From: a bacterium | GTDB taxonomy: Bacteria > Hinthialibacterota > Hinthialibacteria > Hinthialibacterales > Hinthialibacteraceae | Assembly (NCBI GenBank): GCA_041946805.1 | Contig: JBHGBC010000052.1 | Location: 1-35,394 of the forward strand | Direction: 5' to 3' | Length of the DNA stretch: 35,394 nucleotides | Shown: positions 1-8,732 of the stretch, one piece after another | Layout of the letters: the number at the start of each line of letters is the position of its first letter | Position numbering within the stretch: the first letter of the stretch is position 1 | Made by a program: the position numbers and the translations under genes | The notes under the pieces: generated by a model | The model's input: only the letters and a program-made list of their open reading frames with translations | Told to the model about the DNA's origin: nothing | Database searches by the model: none

Positions 1-20
1 ATTCCGCCCTTTCCGGGCTT

Positions 21-53
21 CCCTCACCCTAACCCTCTCCCAGAGGGAGAGGG
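21..53 (+). repeat. CCCTCACCC-N4-CCCTCTCCC...GGGAGAGGG palindromic intergenic repeat (family A)
   Basis: ccctcaccctaaccctctcccagagggagaggg; bases 4-53 are nearly identical to the reverse complement of 29562-29611. Confidence 0.85.
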
Positions 54-230
54 AATCGTTTGGCGTTCCAGTCTATGCTGATACTACGAATAAAGCACGG
101 AGCCAGGTTAGGGATATCCTGAAAGGGCGCCACGCAGAATAACCGGGCCATCATAAATAGCGATGCCTATGCCCGTGACGGGATTATTGGGGAAAACTCA
201 ACAGAACCATGGAATCATCGGTGGGCAAAA

Positions 231-443
231 TCAATCCGTTTCTACGTAATCGCAAATGACGGCCGGCTCCGGGATTTCCTCTCCGTCCGCGCGCATGCCC
301 TCCAGATGGAACCTGAGGGCTTCCTGAATTTCCCGCTTTACTTCCGCCAACGTGTCACCGACCGCCACACATCCTGGTAAATCAGGGATATACGCCCCGT
401 AATGGTTTTCTGTTTTTTCAATCACCACAGCGTATTTCATCAT
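231..443 (-). CDS. hicB: HicB-family antitoxin (short, RNase H-like fold only)
   Basis: 70 aa with the typical HicB N-terminal pattern YAVVIEK..YGAYIPDLPGCVAVGDT..E...I.EAL..HLEG....GE.IP.P. Confidence 0.9.
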   Translation of the reverse strand: MMKYAVVIEKTENHYGAYIPDLPGCVAVGDTLAEVKREIQEALRFHLEGMRADGEEIPEPAVICDYVETD

Positions 444-444
444 T

Positions 445-486
445 CTAGTCTCTCGATATCTTGGCTTGTTTCATGACGCTTAAAAC
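445..486 (-). pseudogene. Possible C-terminal remnant of a hicA toxin
   Basis: Minus strand reads VLSVMKQAKISRD-stop ending 1 nt before the hicB ATG, resembling HicA C-termini (L.SIL.QAGI); no GSH motif or start codon upstream. Confidence 0.35.
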
Positions 487-520
487 CAAGATCCGCCCAA
501 CCCGCCGCCTATACAGACAA

Positions 521-550
521 GGCGCGTGAAGACCCCTTCCTTCACGCGCC
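521..550 (-). terminator. Hairpin, probable intrinsic terminator of 575..1678
   Basis: Perfect 11-bp stem GGCGCGTGAAG/CTTCACGCGCC with an 8-nt loop, about 25 nt after the stop; only a weak U-tract. Confidence 0.5.
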
Positions 551-574
551 CGCCCATCAATACCGTTTTTGGTT

Positions 575-1678
575 TTATTTCAATCCCAATCCCAATACCT
601 CCTTGCAGTACCGCACGCTGCGTTCCAGATCGTAGAGCTGTTGCTTCTGGCCGAGTTCGTTGGAGCGCGGGCCGGCGGGCCGTTGCGAATCCGGCGTCAG
701 CGGCTTTCCCCGCTTGGCCATGGCCATCAGGCGCGCGAAATCCATGGCCCGGGCTTTCGGGTAGGGCTGCCAGAATTCCACTTCCAGGCAGGGATAATTG
801 CGCGGCCCGATCCACGAGATGATTTCCAGGATGAAGGGCACGCCGGGGCACAATTTCGCGAACGTGTCCAGGTAGAGATTCCAGTCGATATGCCCGTCGC
901 CCATGTTGGTCCACTCGACGAACACCCCGTTCTCCGAATCCCAGACGCCGCAGTCACGCATGCCCGTGGAGACGGCGCAGGGGCCGAGGATTTCCAAGTT
1001 GCCCTGCGGGCTTTCCAGCGCCCACACCGCATTGCCGCAATCCAGGGTTGCGCCCACGAAGTCCTTGCCCGCCGCCTCGATCAGTTCGGCCAGTTCCCAG
1101 CCCTGCATATCGCCCGCGTGGTTCTCGATGGTGATCTTCACATTGGCGTCCACCGCCCGGGATTTGACCTTTTTGAACAGTTCCACCGTGCTTTCGATAT
1201 GCCGGTAGATGCCGCCTTCGCCCCGGCGGTCCTCGGCCGTGCCCAGGTAGCAACGGGCCACCGGCGAGCCCAGGGTTTGAGCCACCCGGATGAGCAGCGC
1301 CAGGTGCTCTTCCGCCGTGCCGAACTTTTTGATGAAGCGTGGCGACGTGGGGCAGACGCCCCCGGTCCCGGCGTGCAATTGGATGCCCTTGGCGTCCGCC
1401 TGGTGTTTGACTTTTTTAAGATAACTTGCATCCAAACTCTCATAGGCGTCGAGGTCGGAGATCATCAATGTGTCCAGTTTCAACTGGGCCGCGTAATCGA
1501 TCAGCTGCGGCGCTTTCCATTCCATGGCCCGCACGGAGAAATTGTCCATGCCCAGCGCGATGTTCCGTTTCGGGGCGGCCGCGCCCGCCGCGGGCTGGGG
1601 CGACGCCAACGCCGCAACGCCCGCCGCCACGGTGGCCAGGAATCCCCGCCGGTCCATTCTGGATTGTGGTACGTTCAT
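575..1678 (-). CDS. Sugar phosphate isomerase/epimerase family TIM-barrel protein with Tat signal
   Basis: Start reassigned to ATG 1678 (GGAGG RBS); DRRGFL twin-arginine motif; metal motifs IENHAGD, LDCGN, LEII. Confidence 0.85.
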   Translation of the reverse strand: MNVPQSRMDRRGFLATVAAGVAALASPQPAAGAAAPKRNIALGMDNFSVRAMEWKAPQLIDYAAQLKLDTLMISDLDAYESLDASYLKKVKHQADAKGIQLHAGTGGVCPTSPRFIKKFGTAEEHLALLIRVAQTLGSPVARCYLGTAEDRRGEGGIYRHIESTVELFKKVKSRAVDANVKITIENHAGDMQGWELAELIEAAGKDFVGATLDCGNAVWALESPQGNLEILGPCAVSTGMRDCGVWDSENGVFVEWTNMGDGHIDWNLYLDTFAKLCPGVPFILEIISWIGPRNYPCLEVEFWQPYPKARAMDFARLMAMAKRGKPLTPDSQRPAGPRSNELGQKQQLYDLERSVRYCKEVLGLGLK

Positions 1679-1772
1679 GCTTGTCCTCCCGGATTGTTTT
1701 TTTGTTTTGTTAAAATCGCCTTTTGCCATTGCGGCCATGCAGGGCGGGCAGATGGCAGCGAAATCCGCCCTG

Positions 1773-1886
1773 ATCCTGTTCATCCTGATTCAATCGTCAA
1801 AGCGGATTGATTAGCGCGCCGCGTGTAACCATCTATCACCCCAAGCCTGGTCATCCAGTATATCCTGGCCATCCTGATTCGGACAA
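1773..1886. repeat. Two ATCCTG 9-bp-periodic repeat units (family D)
   Basis: atcctgttc-atcctgattc at 1773-1791; cctggtc-atccagtat-atcctggcc-atcctgattcggacaa at 1846-1886. Confidence 0.6.
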
Positions 1887-2063
1887 TACAAACCATCTCC
1901 TCTCCTCTTCCTCGCATCCCGCATCATCCCCCCGTCCCGACCGCGCTACTATATCACGATCCCCCGGATTCCTGGATAGTCTCGACCATGAAGCCTTCCT
2001 CTTTCCGTGCTCATTTTATACAGTGGGATGAGCCTTTTATCAAAACTTCCGGATGAATCGATC

Positions 2064-3752
2064 ATGATGAAATTAGACAGTTTCTTCAAAACGTGGATCT
2101 CGTGGATGATGGCCATGGCATTGTTCGGAGGCGGTGGGGCCTCCCTGGCATTTTCGGAGGAATCCAACCCCTACACCGTCCCGACCTTCGAATGCATCGG
2201 AATTTACTACCGGCATGACGATCCCGGCGGCTGCGCGGTCCGGTTCCGGGAAGCCGGCGCGGATGCCTGGCGCGCGGCGCTTGGCCTGGTCTACGATCCC
2301 CGCGACCGGGAATACCGGGGCAGCCTGGTGAATCTGAAACCGGACACGGAATATGAGATCGAATTGACCTGTGGTGGGGTGACCGTCACTTTTCCATCGA
2401 AAACCCGGAGCGGCCTGTTTCCCATTGGCAAGATCACCCAATTGGAAGACGGCGTATCGCGCGAGCCCCTGGTGATCACCGAATCGGGATCGCCGGACGC
2501 GTACCACTTGATCCAACCCGCTGCCGGCGCGAAAGCCACCCTCGACATGATGAACGCGGAAGACGCGTCGGTGGTGATCGACGCCGATTATGTCATCGTG
2601 CGGGGCATCGAATCGCGCAATGCCGCCCGGCATGGCCTTGTCATCAAAGCCGGCCGGCATGACGTCGTCGTCGAGGATTGCCGGATCACCTTCTGGGGGC
2701 GGATCGGCGGTCCGATCACCTACGGCAACGAAGGCAACATGGACAGCGCCATTTACGCTGAACGCGGGGCCGGCCGCCTGATCCTGCAGCGCAACCTGAT
2801 CGAGGATCCGCGCGGCGCGTCCAACGATTGGGAAACCGGCCATCCCTCGGGCCCGCAAGGCATCTCGTTGATCAACTCCTGCGGCGGGAACGTGATCCGG
2901 TACAACGAAATCCGTTCGACGGAGGACCACGGCTACAACGACGGTATCGGCGGCGGCTCCAATTTCAGTTTCGAGGGCAGCCCCAACCGCGATTCGGACA
3001 TTTACGGCAACATCATCAGCCACGTCTGGGATGACGCCATCGAGAGCGAGGGCGCGAATCAGAATGTGCGCATCTGGGGCAACTACTTGTTTCTCACGTA
3101 TCAGCACATCGCCACCGCCTGCACCTCGAAAGGCCCCCTGTATATCTTCCGCAACGTCTTCGGCGAGAGCCGCTGGACGCACCAGAATCCCCTGGGCGGC
3201 AGCCTGATCAAAGTGGGCGAGCGGGATGAGTTCGGCGGCGGCCGGCGTTTCGTGTTCCACAACACCGCGCTCCAACCGAAAGGCGCGTTTCATGTCTTCA
3301 GCGGCCATATCAATCCCAACACGGTGACCCGCAACAACATTTTCGATTGCCCGGGCCGGCTGACCTCCTCCACGCCCGCCGATCCCCCCGGCGATTATGA
3401 CTACGACCTCTTCACCGGGATGGACCGGGGCGCCGCCCAGGAACGTCACGGCGCGCGCGGCAAACCGGCCTATATCCACTCATATGGCTTGGAATGGTAT
3501 CCCGCCGCCAGCACGACGAAAATCCAATGGGGCCGCGTGCCGTTTCAAAAAGGGGACCGTGCCATCGAGATCACCGATCCGGTGGTCACGGTTCCCAATC
3601 CGGTCATCGACGCGGGCGAGGTGATCCCCGGTTTCAATGACGATTTCAAGGGCAAGGCCCCCGATCTCGGCGCGTTCGAGCTGGGCGGCCCGCCGCTGAA
3701 ATTCGGCCGCCGCGCCCAGGGCGACTTCTGGGCCCCGTGGGAACTGAAATGA
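2064..3752 (+). CDS. Secreted right-handed parallel beta-helix protein (polysaccharide lyase/pectin-lyase-like) with N-terminal FnIII-like domain
   Basis: Hydrophobic signal; YRGSLVNLKPDTEYEIEL; repeated Asn-ladder strands (NVIRYNEI, IYGNII, NVRIWGN, VFHNT, TRNNIF); WDDAIE; C-terminal PDLGAFE; start approximate. Confidence 0.75.
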   Translation: MMKLDSFFKTWISWMMAMALFGGGGASLAFSEESNPYTVPTFECIGIYYRHDDPGGCAVRFREAGADAWRAALGLVYDPRDREYRGSLVNLKPDTEYEIELTCGGVTVTFPSKTRSGLFPIGKITQLEDGVSREPLVITESGSPDAYHLIQPAAGAKATLDMMNAEDASVVIDADYVIVRGIESRNAARHGLVIKAGRHDVVVEDCRITFWGRIGGPITYGNEGNMDSAIYAERGAGRLILQRNLIEDPRGASNDWETGHPSGPQGISLINSCGGNVIRYNEIRSTEDHGYNDGIGGGSNFSFEGSPNRDSDIYGNIISHVWDDAIESEGANQNVRIWGNYLFLTYQHIATACTSKGPLYIFRNVFGESRWTHQNPLGGSLIKVGERDEFGGGRRFVFHNTALQPKGAFHVFSGHINPNTVTRNNIFDCPGRLTSSTPADPPGDYDYDLFTGMDRGAAQERHGARGKPAYIHSYGLEWYPAASTTKIQWGRVPFQKGDRAIEITDPVVTVPNPVIDAGEVIPGFNDDFKGKAPDLGAFELGGPPLKFGRRAQGDFWAPWELK

Positions 3753-3851
3753 GGGGGGATGGCGCGGATTAATAAGGGTATCTATTTTCCCGAATGCAGA
3801 ACATGCTATGTTTATTCGTGGTATGAACATGGACAGGAACGCGAAACGATT

Positions 3852-3872
3852 CCTTCTCCCTCTGGGAGAGGG
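3852..3872 (-). repeat. Partial family A repeat
   Basis: ccttctccctctgggagaggg. Confidence 0.6.
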
Positions 3873-3930
3873 ATGCCCTGCCTTCTCACGAAATCCTTCC
3901 TTTTGACAAGAAAATCCTTCGCTCAACTTT

Positions 3931-3958
3931 GTAGGGGCACGTGGCAACGTGCCCCTAC
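3931..3958. repeat. GTAG-type REP palindrome (family B) between convergent genes; possible bidirectional terminator
   Basis: Perfect 12-bp stem GTAGGGGCACGT-ggca-ACGTGCCCCTAC. Confidence 0.75.
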
Positions 3959-3979
3959 TTTCTTGCGAAATCATCATTT

Positions 3980-4021
3980 CCTGGTCATCTTGTCCGTCTT
4001 GTCCAACATCCTGATTCAGAC
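3980..4021. repeat. ATCCTG-periodic repeat (family D)
   Basis: cctggtcatcttgtccgtcttgtccaacatcctgattcagac, with the same terminal atcctgattc-r-gac as 1871-1884. Confidence 0.55.
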
Positions 4022-4030
4022 CAATCGCTC

Positions 4031-5188
4031 TCACGCTCCCCCCGCCCTCGGCAGCGGGATCTTCTTCCACCCTTCCAGGCCGAACCGGATTTCCCGTTCC
4101 GCGAATTCCCACACCACGACGCGCTTGTTCGCCAGAAGCGTATGTTTGCGGCTCAGTTCCTGCCGCACCAGCGTGGACGCCCCGCCGTCGTTGATGATAG
4201 CGGCCACCGGCCTGCGCAGCTCGCGCGCCAGGTGGGCGGTGAAGCCTCCCGCGCCCGGTTCGTCCCGCTCGTAAATCCGCAAGAAACTATCACCCAGCAC
4301 CAGCACCGGCGCGGCAGAGTCATCCGCGTAGGATTCTCCCGTGCCGCTCTCAATCACTTGCTCAGCCTGGATGGCTTCCGGCTCGCAGAGTGTTTCGAGC
4401 CACGGCAGCCGCATCATGTTCAGGATGTCCCCATAGCGCTGGATCGGGACCGGTGTGTTTTCATACGCAGCCGTTCCGGCTGCTACCCAACCCGCGTCCA
4501 AAATCCGCTTCGCCGTCAGCCAGGCGGCCAGACGCATCCCCCGTGGCGACCAGTGGCTGTCCTGTGTGAGATACAAGGCCTCGGCCTTCTCCTCCGGCCT
4601 GGTTTTATCCTTGGCATAGGCAGTGAAAAGGTCCACCAGCGCCACGTCCGCGTCCCGCAGGCGTTTCATCAGCCGTTGCGTGTGGTGATTGACCGGTTCC
4701 GCGAGGCCTTCCGCCCGCCGGGTCAATTTTTCGGGATATATGGAAGCCTTGTTGGGCGCGATCATCACCAGCAATTGGATCCCACGCGCGGCCAGTTGGT
4801 TCCGGAAATCCACGATGGCCGGAACCGGATCGTCCAGGACACTGGATTTGTCCTTGAAATCCAGCGGCTGGACCAGGTAGTCCACCGCCGGCTTGTAGAA
4901 GAACCACCCGTCCCGTCCCGCCACGGCCTTCTCTCCCGCGTCCCGCAAGATCACGAATTGGAGATACCGGAACACGGATTGCAGTTTTTGCGCGAACCAA
5001 CTGTTGGTCTCGATCGACTTCTCGAACGACCGCAGATGGCGCGCCGTGGGCGATTGCATAAACAGATCCAGGACCAAGGGCCGTTCTCCTTGCACGATTT
5101 CGATGGTTGCCTGGATGATACCCAAACCGCCAATCACGAGTGAGAAAAGAACAGACATCAGAAAAGGACCATGGGTAAGAGCGCTCAC
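4031..5188 (-). CDS. AlgJ/AlgX-like SGNH O-acetyltransferase
   Basis: GTG start at 5188 behind AGGAGG; N-terminal TM anchor; GRDGWFF, IAPNKASIYPE, DSHW (Asp-His) and LGDSF (Ser) motifs; VVWEFAER. Confidence 0.85.
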   Translation of the reverse strand: MSALTHGPFLMSVLFSLVIGGLGIIQATIEIVQGERPLVLDLFMQSPTARHLRSFEKSIETNSWFAQKLQSVFRYLQFVILRDAGEKAVAGRDGWFFYKPAVDYLVQPLDFKDKSSVLDDPVPAIVDFRNQLAARGIQLLVMIAPNKASIYPEKLTRRAEGLAEPVNHHTQRLMKRLRDADVALVDLFTAYAKDKTRPEEKAEALYLTQDSHWSPRGMRLAAWLTAKRILDAGWVAAGTAAYENTPVPIQRYGDILNMMRLPWLETLCEPEAIQAEQVIESGTGESYADDSAAPVLVLGDSFLRIYERDEPGAGGFTAHLARELRRPVAAIINDGGASTLVRQELSRKHTLLANKRVVVWEFAEREIRFGLEGWKKIPLPRAGGA

Positions 5189-5198
5189 CAAATCCCTC

Positions 5199-6605
5199 CT
5201 AGAATTGCGAATACAAAAACGGGCTGTAAGTCTGGGCGAACATGCCCAGGATGGAGAAGGCAAACAGCGCGATCAACCAAACCGCTTTCCACGGGGTGAT
5301 CCGTTCCGCCCACTCGAAGGCCTGGTACGGTTGAAAGACCAGCGCGGCGCAGATCGCCATCAAGAGAAGATGGCCTTGCGTGTAGATTTCACCCGCCAGC
5401 AGGATCGATCCGCCGGACGCGCCATAAAAGCCAAACAGGGTGAGATAATACCGCGCCGCGTCCGCCAGCGTGGGGCAACGGAACAAAACCCACGACAGCA
5501 GGATGGCCACGAACGTGAGGGCGATCTTCACCGGCCGGGGCAACCGCGCGTAACGCCCCTTTTTCCCGCGCCACTGTTCGAAAGCCAAAAATACGCCGTG
5601 ATACCCTCCCCACAGGATGAAGGTCCACGCCGCTCCGTGCCACAAGCCGCAGATCAGAAAGGTCAGGATCAAGTTGCGGTAGATGATGTACTTCGTGCTC
5701 CGGTTGCGTCCCACGGCGATCAGGGGGACATAGACATAATCGCGCAGCATGGTGGAGAGTGAAATATGCCACCGCCGCCAGAAATCGGTGATGCTGTCCG
5801 CCCGGTACGGCGCGTTGAAATTGCGGATCAGCTCGAAGCCCACCATCCGCCCCAGCCCCACGGCCATTTCCGAATAGCCCGCGAAATCGAAATAAATCTG
5901 AAACGCGTAGGCCAATAGCCCGAACCAGGCGTCCACAGTCCCCGGCGCCTCCGCCCCGAACACGGCGTTGGCCACGGTTCCCATCGGATCGGCCAGCAGG
6001 ATCTTCTTGGCGAATCCCAGGATGAACAGGGCCGCGCCGGACGCGAATTTGTCAATCGTGTGCTTCCGGGATCTCAGCCCTTCGGCGATCTGGGGATAGC
6101 GCGTGATCGGCCCCGCGGTCACCATCGGAAACAGGGACACATAGCACGCGAAATCGGTGAACGAACGGACCGGCGGGGCGTCTTCGATATACATCGAGAC
6201 CAGGTAACTGATGCTCAAAAACGTGAAGAACGAAATGCCCACCGGCAGGGGGATGTCCCACACCGGTCCGGGCTGGAATCCGCACAATCCCAGCAGGCTG
6301 TAGAGGTTCGCTTGCAGGAACGTGAAATACTTGAAAAATCCCAGCAGGGCCAGGTTCGCGCAGACTGCGGTAATGAACACCCGCTGTTTACGGTTCTCGT
6401 CCGCCGAGCGCGCGATGGCCGTTCCCCCGGCGTAACCGATAACCGTGGCCGCCAGCAACAACAACGCAAACCAGGGTTGAAACCATGCGTAGAAGACATA
6501 ACCCGCCACCAGCAGAAACAGATTCCGACCCGCGGGCAACAGGTAATAAATCAGCAGCACGAGCGGCAGAAAATAGAACAGAAATATATGCGATGTGAAG
6601 GCCAT
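5199..6605 (-). CDS. algI: MBOAT family O-acyltransferase (AlgI/DltB-like)
   Basis: LPVGISFFTF, FQIYFDFAGYS, FWRRWHISLS, GLWHGA catalytic His; many TM helices. Confidence 0.92.
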   Translation of the reverse strand: MAFTSHIFLFYFLPLVLLIYYLLPAGRNLFLLVAGYVFYAWFQPWFALLLLAATVIGYAGGTAIARSADENRKQRVFITAVCANLALLGFFKYFTFLQANLYSLLGLCGFQPGPVWDIPLPVGISFFTFLSISYLVSMYIEDAPPVRSFTDFACYVSLFPMVTAGPITRYPQIAEGLRSRKHTIDKFASGAALFILGFAKKILLADPMGTVANAVFGAEAPGTVDAWFGLLAYAFQIYFDFAGYSEMAVGLGRMVGFELIRNFNAPYRADSITDFWRRWHISLSTMLRDYVYVPLIAVGRNRSTKYIIYRNLILTFLICGLWHGAAWTFILWGGYHGVFLAFEQWRGKKGRYARLPRPVKIALTFVAILLSWVLFRCPTLADAARYYLTLFGFYGASGGSILLAGEIYTQGHLLLMAICAALVFQPYQAFEWAERITPWKAVWLIALFAFSILGMFAQTYSPFLYSQF

Positions 6606-6711
6606 GGAAGGATTCGCTTACATTTAAAATTGCTGATCCGGTAATTAAGTGCTTTTTTGTATGCTCGGCTGGCATCCCCTTGAACTGAATTGTGTGAACC
6701 TCTTCAAATTT

Positions 6712-6887
6712 CCCTCTCCCTCTGGGAGAGGGCTGGGGTGAGGGAAATTTGTAGGGGCGGACCTTGGTGTCCGCCCCTGCCATCGAGAAGATGGAATACT
6801 TTTTACCACCATGTACGCGCTTACCGGAAGAACCAAAATTAAACAATCCCCTCTCCCTCTGGGAGAGGATTAGAGTGAGGGAAGCCC
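6712..6887. repeat. Mosaic of two family A repeats (6712-6744, 6848-6887; both reverse) and a GTAG REP (6751-6780)
   Basis: ccctctccctctgggagagggctggggtgaggg; gtaggggcggac-cttggt-gtccgcccctgc; cccctctccctctgggagaggattagagtgagggaagccc. Confidence 0.8.
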
Positions 6888-6945
6888 TTCCATTACGCAT
6901 ACATCATCCAAATTACGCATATCCCTCTGCTGATTTTATATTCGA

Positions 6946-6993
6946 GTCCCTTCAGGGGGCGGCCTTACCGCAGCCCAGGGTTTCAATCCTGGG
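6946..6993 (-). repeat. Bipartite double-hairpin repeat (family C)
   Basis: gtcccttcagggg...agcccagggtttcaatcctggg; related to 8665-8712 and 12785-12830. Confidence 0.55.
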
Positions 6994-7005
6994 CAACATA
7001 TCCAC

Positions 7006-7497
7006 TCACCGCACCACCCGGTTGGTCCACACGGCCCAATAAATCAGCGGCGGATTCTGTTCGAAATATTTGTTGATGATCCCGCCCATGTAATAATCGT
7101 CGATCGGTGATTCCAGGGCCATCCGGTGGATGTCTCCGGATTTGAATTGCTTGAGGTTGCCGCCGATCTGGCCCGAGCGCGCGTCCGCCGCCTGCGCGCG
7201 CGGCTTGAGCGGATTGTACTGGCCCACGTAAATCGTATCGCCGTCCACCTTCCCGCGGTGGACTTGCAGCACCTTGTATTTGAACACGTACGCGTAATCG
7301 TACAGCGGGATATCGGGCAGCTCGGAGGGAATCTCCTCGAGTTGGGCCGTCACTTCCACGCTGCCCAGCGTGGTCACCTGGGGATCTTCTCCCGTGTCCG
7401 TTCCGGGGCCGCAGGCGTGGATGAAAAGGGCGAGTCCCGCCGCCAGGAAGAGCGCGCGGGCTGGATTCCTTCGTCGCGGTGTGAATGGTTTATACAT
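7006..7497 (-). CDS. Hypothetical exported/lipoprotein, 163 aa
   Basis: ATG overlaps the upstream stop (TAATG); basic N-terminus, hydrophobic stretch and FIHAC lipobox-like site; only the last 163 aa of the 457-aa track ORF look real. Confidence 0.75.
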   Translation of the reverse strand: MYKPFTPRRRNPARALFLAAGLALFIHACGPGTDTGEDPQVTTLGSVEVTAQLEEIPSELPDIPLYDYAYVFKYKVLQVHRGKVDGDTIYVGQYNPLKPRAQAADARSGQIGGNLKQFKSGDIHRMALESPIDDYYMGGIINKYFEQNPPLIYWAVWTNRVVR

Positions 7498-8609
7498 TAA
7501 TTTCCCCCGATCTCCGCGAAGGTCCACGCCGGCTCCCATCCCGCCTCCAGCATCAACACCGGCCCGTCCTTGGTCTGCGGATGCGCCCGCCGCAGGTCGG
7601 GGCTCTCCCCGCCGATGGTCGGCGCATCGCTCAGCCGCATAATGCCGATGGGCGCGCCGGCTTGCTCCGAGCCGCCCCCGTCCTTGGGGCACTTGGTGAA
7701 CAGCACGTACTGGCCGTCGGGCGACAGCGCGCCGCCGTAGATGTGATAGCCGTCCTCGCCGTAGATCAATTCGACCTTCTTCCCTTCGCCGTCGGCCATG
7801 TATAACTGCGACCAGCCGTAGGAATTCGTGGGGGATTGGTTGGCCGGGCGGGACGAGAAGATGATATTCGCCGAATCGGGGAACCAATCCGGGGTGCAGC
7901 TTTGAAACGTCAGGATGGGATTCACTTCTCCCGTCTCCGCGTTCATCCGCACCACGCACCACTCTTTCCCCGCGTGATTGGCCGTCCCCGTGAACCACTG
8001 GCCGTCCGGCGACCAGAACAACTGCTGATAGACGCCATGGCGGGGCAGGGAACGCGCCACCTGCTTGGTAGCCACGTCCACGATCTCGATGTCCTTCTTG
8101 GTGAGGCACAGGATCTGGCTGCCGTCCGGCGACCACGACGCCCACGCGTATTCCCCGTCGCCGCCGAAGGGGACGGCGTTCGCGCCGCTGCCCCCGGCGA
8201 TCATCAACGCGCCCTGGAAGCCCCACAAGTCGTGGTTGATCACCGCGCCCTTGGCCATCCGCCGGAACAGCATTTTGCTGCCGTCGGAAGAGAACCGGGG
8301 AGCGGCTTCCTCGTAATCCGGCGTGTTGGTGAGGTTCTTTTTGTCCGATCCGTCCGGCCGCGACACGAACAAATCCCATGTGCCGTTTTCACTCCGGGCG
8401 CAATAGGCGATCCAGCCCTTGGACCGGACTTCCTCCGCCAGCTCCGCCGTCCGGACATCCCCCACCGGCCCGCCCGCGGTGACCGGAGGGACCTTGGTAT
8501 CGGGGATCGAGGTGGAGGTCATGCCCACATCCCGTTTTATGGAGAACAGAAAAACCACCCCCACCGCCACGATCACTGACAGGATTATTGTGAGAATCAT
8601 TTTACCCAT
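7497..8609 (-). CDS. TolB-like beta-propeller (PD40 repeats), N-terminal membrane anchor
   Basis: Repeated FSSDG, WSPDG, WSPDG, WFPDS and LSPDG motifs. Confidence 0.85.
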   Translation of the reverse strand: MGKMILTIILSVIVAVGVVFLFSIKRDVGMTSTSIPDTKVPPVTAGGPVGDVRTAELAEEVRSKGWIAYCARSENGTWDLFVSRPDGSDKKNLTNTPDYEEAAPRFSSDGSKMLFRRMAKGAVINHDLWGFQGALMIAGGSGANAVPFGGDGEYAWASWSPDGSQILCLTKKDIEIVDVATKQVARSLPRHGVYQQLFWSPDGQWFTGTANHAGKEWCVVRMNAETGEVNPILTFQSCTPDWFPDSANIIFSSRPANQSPTNSYGWSQLYMADGEGKKVELIYGEDGYHIYGGALSPDGQYVLFTKCPKDGGGSEQAGAPIGIMRLSDAPTIGGESPDLRRAHPQTKDGPVLMLEAGWEPAWTFAEIGGN

Positions 8610-8627
8610 TGATTTGGTCCCTTTATT

Positions 8628-8712
8628 CAGCCCCGGAGAGGCTTGGATTCCGAACGAATCTCCGACCGGGGGCTTACGCCCGGAGCGATGCTCATGCCGC
8701 CCTTTCCGGGCT
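8628..8712. repeat. Family C repeat elements
   Basis: agccccggagagg ... accgggggcttacgcccggag...tgccgccctttccgggct; ccgccctttccgggct also occurs at 4-19. Confidence 0.5.
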
Positions 8713-8732
8713 AGGATATTTCACCTCGAAGA

